Source of the DNA: Candidatus Latescibacterota bacterium
Lineage (GTDB): Bacteria > Latescibacterota > UBA2968
DNA length: 64,000 bases
Assembly: GCA_965204745.1 (NCBI GenBank)
Contig: OZ242010.1
Span: forward strand, 832,001-896,000
Direction: 5' to 3'
The position numbers and the translations under genes were made by a program. Shown piece after piece: positions 58,886 to 64,000 of this stretch. Position 1 is the first letter of the stretch. The number at the start of each line of letters is the position of its first letter. The notes beneath the pieces were generated by a model that was not told the DNA's origin, searched no databases, and worked only from the letters and a program-made list of their open reading frames with translations.

Positions 58886-61387
58886 ATGGATCGAATTTTG
58901 AAACGCATGAGCTACGCAGCACTGATCGCGCTCGGCATCGGCCAGGCCGCGGCACAGCCGGTCAATCCGGGCGGGGTCTTTGTCGCGGGCGACCTGTGGG
59001 AGACGTTCTTGCCGACCAACGTGGGCAAAACGTATTACGAACAAGTCGATAACCCCACACAACTCTACTATTTGTTCCGCGTTGGCAACCTGGATCGCCA
59101 ATGGACCACGCCCACGCAGATGTACCCGGGCGGGGAGAATCTCCACATTCCCTGGAAACAAGCTATCGAAATGATCGAGTACAACCCGGATCCCAATTTC
59201 AACAATTACACCACCAGTTCAGACCCTGCGGCCGCGCATTATTCGTATGCGTTTGAAACGTCTCGGTTGCAGCGCACTGGCGATATTTGGCCCACCGATG
59301 CCGCTACGTCATGGGTCGATGCCAACAACCGGCATCAGGTGGTCTATCAGGGCGGCACCCCGACGAACCTGGGCGTGAATGTGAATTATCGCATTCGGCA
59401 ATTTACCCTGAACCACGCCAACATGAACGATTTTATCGCGTTGGAACTGGAATTGACGAATACCGGGGTGCTGGATGTGGATGGCGATGGCAACCCGGAA
59501 AAGACCGACAACAAAATCAACGCGCTCGTGCTGAACCTGCGCGACGAGTTGATCAACTCGATGTCGAACAGCTTGGCGGGTCGCCGCGGGGCGTCTGGCT
59601 GGTTTACCGGCCCCGTGTCCGGCTACGACGCGTCGCCCGATCCGGACGGCAATCCCTGGGATGTGCCCGTCACTTTTACCGGGCCTTCGCCATCAACCCT
59701 GGATCAACCCCTGCCCGACGGCACGGGTTGGGCGAGCGACGGCAAGCGCGTGCTGGGCAATACCATGCGCCGCCGCGCCAATTACTACGACGTTTATACC
59801 GGCGCGCAGTGGATCGCCGCCAAGCAGGGGCCATTGCCGACCGACAAAACCGCGAGCAGCACCGTGCAGGCCGACAAGAAGACGATCTTCGACAGCCACG
59901 GCGTAGGCACGGGCGCGCAACGCGGGTGGTTCACCTCTGTGAGCAAGGGATACGGCAACAACGACCACGACGCGTGGACGAACCACACCTTGTCCATGGG
60001 CACCTTTTACCGCGAGGGCGGCAAGACGCTCGACAAGACCGCGTTTGTGCTGTTGCCCGATCCCAACTACTTCGATCCCGATCACCCGGATATCGAGGAG
60101 GGCAATCCGCTCTCCTTTGTCGATGCCGTGCGCCCAGCAGGCCAACGCGGGCAACCGCGCGGCGACATGAAGTACAACAGCACCTGGGCGCAGAACTGGG
60201 AGCGGAACAACCCCGGCACCGCGTCGGATGGGTCGGACACCGATTGGACCGCGGGCTATACCATCGCGCACGGGTTTGACGGCGACGCGTACAGGGGCAT
60301 TGGCCCGTTTTCCCTTGACGTGGGCGAAACCATAAACATCGTGCTGGTCGAGTACGGCGGGTTCCGCTTGCAGGGCGTTCGCAAGGCGCGCAAGGCCGCG
60401 CAATGGGCCTACGAGAACAGTTGGCAAGTGCCCGCGCCCCCGCCGATGCCGGATATAAGCGTGCAACCCAATACGGATTTGAAAGTGACCGTCAAGTGGG
60501 ATGACCGCGCCGAAACCGCGTCGGATTTTGCCGGGTACAAAGTGTATCGCTCGACCTTGTTCCCCCGGGTCAATTCCCTGGAATTGGGCACGCGCCTGAT
60601 GGACACGTACCACCTGCAAACGCAGGAAGAACCGACCGACGCGGCCTTGGCGGGCCTAGGCGTGGCAAACAATCCCAACATCAGTTCGACCGCGTATCGG
60701 GACCAAGAGCCGGGCGCGTGGGGGCCTTATCGCCTGATCGAGCTGATTCCCAAAGCCGAGGTGGGCAACTACCTCAATGGGGATGCGGACAGCGGCACGT
60801 ACAAATACGCCTTTCAGGACAACAGCGATTTGGTGACGTTTGGCTTTACCTACTACTACTATGTGGCGGCCTACGACGACGAGCAAGGCGAGATCGCCGG
60901 CTCGCCCTACCAATCGCTCGAGACGCACAAGACCAATTTCAACGGGCGCTCGGGCCTGTGGGAAGGCACGTATCACTACGCCACGGCCAATGCCAATTTT
61001 CCGGACAACAGCGATTTGGCCGGGCTGAAAAATATCGGCGCGGCTTTTGTGCTGAAAGCGCCGCTGGCCGATCCGGGCGATCTGGTCGCCGGGAATTTGA
61101 ACGTGCAGGTCAAGCCCAATCCGTACAAAAAGCAGGCGTTGCACGATACGGGCGTGGAGCACAAGTTGTTGTTCACGAATTTGCCCACCGGCACGGTGAT
61201 TACGATTTTGGACGTGTCCGGGCAACTTGTCGATAGGCTCGAATTTTACGGCACCAACCCGTTTGATGGCACGCTGTTTTGGGATATGTTCTCAAAGGAC
61301 GGGATCGAGGTGGCGAGCGGGCTTTACATTTTTGTCGCAGACTATCCCGGCGGCAAGCAGGTGGGGCATTTCTCCATTTTGCGATAA
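58886..61387 (+). CDS. Secreted protein with Fn3-like region and T9SS-type C-terminal sorting-like domain
   Basis: Signal peptide; PPPMP, GYKVYRS, YYYYVAAYD; PNPY...I.D.SGQLV...WD...VASGLYIF...G.F.ILR. Confidence 0.8.
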   Translation: MDRILKRMSYAALIALGIGQAAAQPVNPGGVFVAGDLWETFLPTNVGKTYYEQVDNPTQLYYLFRVGNLDRQWTTPTQMYPGGENLHIPWKQAIEMIEYNPDPNFNNYTTSSDPAAAHYSYAFETSRLQRTGDIWPTDAATSWVDANNRHQVVYQGGTPTNLGVNVNYRIRQFTLNHANMNDFIALELELTNTGVLDVDGDGNPEKTDNKINALVLNLRDELINSMSNSLAGRRGASGWFTGPVSGYDASPDPDGNPWDVPVTFTGPSPSTLDQPLPDGTGWASDGKRVLGNTMRRRANYYDVYTGAQWIAAKQGPLPTDKTASSTVQADKKTIFDSHGVGTGAQRGWFTSVSKGYGNNDHDAWTNHTLSMGTFYREGGKTLDKTAFVLLPDPNYFDPDHPDIEEGNPLSFVDAVRPAGQRGQPRGDMKYNSTWAQNWERNNPGTASDGSDTDWTAGYTIAHGFDGDAYRGIGPFSLDVGETINIVLVEYGGFRLQGVRKARKAAQWAYENSWQVPAPPPMPDISVQPNTDLKVTVKWDDRAETASDFAGYKVYRSTLFPRVNSLELGTRLMDTYHLQTQEEPTDAALAGLGVANNPNISSTAYRDQEPGAWGPYRLIELIPKAEVGNYLNGDADSGTYKYAFQDNSDLVTFGFTYYYYVAAYDDEQGEIAGSPYQSLETHKTNFNGRSGLWEGTYHYATANANFPDNSDLAGLKNIGAAFVLKAPLADPGDLVAGNLNVQVKPNPYKKQALHDTGVEHKLLFTNLPTGTVITILDVSGQLVDRLEFYGTNPFDGTLFWDMFSKDGIEVASGLYIFVADYPGGKQVGHFSILR

Positions 61388-61407
61388 TTCAACAGCGGAG
61401 GTTTTAG

Positions 61408-62451
61408 ATGAAGAAATGGACGCATTTCGCGCTGGCAGTTGCTGCGACGTGCTGGGCATTGTGGCCCATGGCGTCAGATGCACAAGTGCGTAAGGCCGGC
61501 CTGACCGGCGCGAGTTTTCTGAAAATCGGCGTGGGTGCTCGCGCCGTGGCGCTGGGGTCTGCCTATACGACGATTCGCGGCGACGTCAATCAGATGTTCT
61601 GGAACCCTGCGGGGATCGCGCTTTCCGGCGGTCAAACGCAGGCGACGTTTTCCTACAATCAGTGGATTGCAGACTTGAGCCATTACGCGGCCGGGGTCAG
61701 CAGGGATATGGGCACCTGGGGCACCTGGGGCATCGGCTTTGTGGCGATGGGCGTCAGCGATATCGAGGCCAACCGCGACGTGGTGCCGGGGTTCTTGGCG
61801 GGTACGTACACGGGTTTTGTCGATCCAAACTCCGATCCGACCTACGATTACAACGATACGGCCATCAGCATTTCGTGGGCGTACCAATTCACGGATCGGC
61901 TGTCGATGGGGCTGACGGGCAAATACATCAGCCAGTCGATTGACGGCGAAAATGCCCGCGCTTATGCGATAGATGCGGGCGCGATTTACGAGATCGGGTA
62001 CAAAGGCGCGCGAATCGGTGCGCGGATGAACAACCTCGGCTCTGACATCGAGTATTACGTGATCGGCGCGCCCCTGCCCCTGATTTTTAGCGTGGGCTCG
62101 TCTATCGATCTACTGGAAAGCGGAGACCATGGCATGCGTTTGACCGCGATGGTCGATGCGACCAAACCGCAAGATGGCGAGCAGTTGCTCTACGTCGCCG
62201 GCGAGTTTCAGTTTGCGAAATACCTGATGGTTCGCGGCGGATACAAATTGAACTATTCGGGCGTGACAGACCAAAAGACCGACGAGATTACCCGCCGGCC
62301 CATTTCTGCGAATCGCACCGAAGAGGGCTATACGTTGGGCGCGGGCGTGGCGTACCCCATGGGCAATACGCACATCGGCGTGGACTACGCCTACACCGAG
62401 TTCGGCATTTTGGACAGCGTCCACCGCGTAACCGTCAATCTCGGCTTCTAA
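61408..62451 (+). CDS. PorV/PorQ-family (FadL-like) outer-membrane barrel
   Basis: FLKIGVGARAVALG.A...FWNPAG, VDYAY..FG.L..VHR, terminal Phe. Confidence 0.88.
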   Translation: MKKWTHFALAVAATCWALWPMASDAQVRKAGLTGASFLKIGVGARAVALGSAYTTIRGDVNQMFWNPAGIALSGGQTQATFSYNQWIADLSHYAAGVSRDMGTWGTWGIGFVAMGVSDIEANRDVVPGFLAGTYTGFVDPNSDPTYDYNDTAISISWAYQFTDRLSMGLTGKYISQSIDGENARAYAIDAGAIYEIGYKGARIGARMNNLGSDIEYYVIGAPLPLIFSVGSSIDLLESGDHGMRLTAMVDATKPQDGEQLLYVAGEFQFAKYLMVRGGYKLNYSGVTDQKTDEITRRPISANRTEEGYTLGAGVAYPMGNTHIGVDYAYTEFGILDSVHRVTVNLGF

Positions 62452-62476
62452 CGCCGAACCACAACCACCCCAAACC

Positions 62477-62517
62477 AAAAGCCCCCGAGACCGACCATCG
62501 TCTCGGAGGCTTTTTTG
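62477..62517. terminator. Intrinsic terminator
   Basis: AAAAGCCCCCGAGAC...GTCTCGGAGGCTTTTTT. Confidence 0.85.
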
Positions 62518-62685
62518 TGTAAAGCGCGTCGCCTGCCTTATCCACATGTAATTTCATCTTTGCGCGATTTATCCCCCCTCGACAACCGGATGGCTTCGGG
62601 CGTTTTGCATTTATCGTCACAGTACGCGAAAGCGGATCGCCTTTGGGGTGGATGGGCGGCCTTCTTCCCTCTTACGTCTCACCTT

Positions 62686-64000
62686 TTACCACTTTGGGCG
62701 GCTGAGTGGAGACTGACCACCGACCACTATTCTCAGTTGCTTGATCGTCGTTTCCGCAGAGGAGGCTGGCGTATTGTCAATGTTCTCGATTCTTGCGGAG
62801 ACGCGCTGGCTTGTCGTGAGCGAGAACGAGGTGTCCATTTGCTTAAACGTTTCTGTTGGGTCAAAGATGCGTTGGATTAGGAGAATCCCGTCCGCGAAGA
62901 TAGAGACACGGATGCGGGCGCGGTTCTGTGATCTTTCTAGGGCTGCGGGTTTTTTGGCTTGCACGAAAAAAGTGTACGCGCCGGGTTTTAATGCGTAAGC
63001 AGGGGTGGTGATGGCGCCAGTGCGGAGCGTGGCGGTGTTGTTGGTGTTGATCTGCGTGCCCGTGGGCGAGGGCGTGCAGGTGTCTAGTGCGATGACCGCG
63101 GGATGCAAGGGGGTGTGTGGCATGGAATTGGCGATGATCAAGGTGGGGCTCATAGAGAAATAACCGAGTATGGTCGCGGCGACTTTTTGATAGATGTAAT
63201 ACAAGCCGAGATCCTGTTTGATGTAGGGATTTTTGACGTATTGGAGGATGTGCTCGTGGTGAATGTCGTCGATGATGGCTTGTTTGATGGCGATTTCTGC
63301 ATGGTAGTAATCGCCGGAATGTTGCGAGACTTTGGATGGCAGAACATAGATCGCGTCAGGCTCATTTTGCGTTGCGGCCATGATTTCGATGGGGTAGATG
63401 GCGTAGTCGTGTGTGAGGCGGTTGAGGTCTTGCGCGTGAACCCGCAGTTCTTTGGCGAAGATGACTTTTTTTGCGTTCTCTATCGCGTTGAGTGTGTCTA
63501 TGACCGCGGTTCTCGTGTCTCGGCTGGTGTGCAATACGAGGCCCGTTTGATAGACGTCATACGCACGGGGTAGGAAGACGAGGGCCGCGATGATGCAGGT
63601 TATAGCCCAATTTTTGATTTTGGACAGCACGCACTTCAGCGTTTCATGTAAAATCAAAAAAGCAATACCCACAAAGATGGCGATGAAAGGGTAGATTTGG
63701 ATGAAATTGCGGTGATAGCCGATGGTCATGTTGCTCATGAACAAGAGATAGGCCGCGGGGAATAAGACGACCAAAAGCAATGCGGGGCGGGCGTACATCC
63801 CGATGAGGCCGCACAGGAGGAAGATGGTGCCGATCAAGCCGATGTTGTGGTAAAATGCGCGCATCTGCAAGCCGAGATGATCCCAGCCTGGCGCGACCAA
63901 CTGCCGGTTTTGGTATATATGTATGACAAACAAAATGTCTTTGATGAAGTTGGGGAAGTCGAGGATTGCGTAGGGCATCGCGCCCAGAAAGGTGAGCGCG
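62686..64000 (-). CDS. Partial membrane glycosyltransferase-like protein (GT-C/ArnT-like); 5' end outside window
   Basis: Frame open to the edge; PYAILD, multiple TM helices, R...IYPF, DTR, soluble C-terminal domain. Confidence 0.6.
   Translation of the reverse strand, partial: ALTFLGAMPYAILDFPNFIKDILFVIHIYQNRQLVAPGWDHLGLQMRAFYHNIGLIGTIFLLCGLIGMYARPALLLVVLFPAAYLLFMSNMTIGYHRNFIQIYPFIAIFVGIAFLILHETLKCVLSKIKNWAITCIIAALVFLPRAYDVYQTGLVLHTSRDTRTAVIDTLNAIENAKKVIFAKELRVHAQDLNRLTHDYAIYPIEIMAATQNEPDAIYVLPSKVSQHSGDYYHAEIAIKQAIIDDIHHEHILQYVKNPYIKQDLGLYYIYQKVAATILGYFSMSPTLIIANSMPHTPLHPAVIALDTCTPSPTGTQINTNNTATLRTGAITTPAYALKPGAYTFFVQAKKPAALERSQNRARIRVSIFADGILLIQRIFDPTETFKQMDTSFSLTTSQRVSARIENIDNTPASSAETTIKQLRIVVGGQSPLSRPKW

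Overview
Repeat-rich, mostly GC-rich bacterial segment. Ankyrin-kinase, Calx-beta/Fn3 surface protein with a dockerin-like tail, sulfatase/PhyH enzymes and a TBDR-PorV locus suggest an FCB-group (Latescibacterota-like), possibly host-associated organism; this is inference. Housekeeping and metabolic genes (fabZ, ABC-F, epmA, nrdAB with NrdR boxes, M24 peptidase, DegP-like protease, aminotransferase, Nudix) alternate with accessory and defence material. The most informative part is an IS621-like IS110 system. An intact element (6757-8051) has all four bridge-RNA guides readable against its own flanks, and its target is a host 7-bp repeat tract. A second copy has a decayed recombinase but an intact bridge RNA with different target guides, and lies 32 nt beyond the end of a CRISPR array. 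Five short REP-like hairpins begin with the same IS110 left-end motif. Also present: a type I-B CRISPR-Cas locus whose cas3 is cut by an IS701 sitting directly against the 11-repeat array, an MTase-HNH fusion, a Chlamydia-type (class Ic) RNR beta subunit, an MNT-HEPN-MNT cassette inside nrdAB, an EpmA with an OB-like N-terminus, a TrpRS lacking KMSKS, a decayed defence island, MITEs with variable interiors, and a TBDR / C-terminally sorted protein / PorV triad. All calls are by eye from motifs; no database searches were run.
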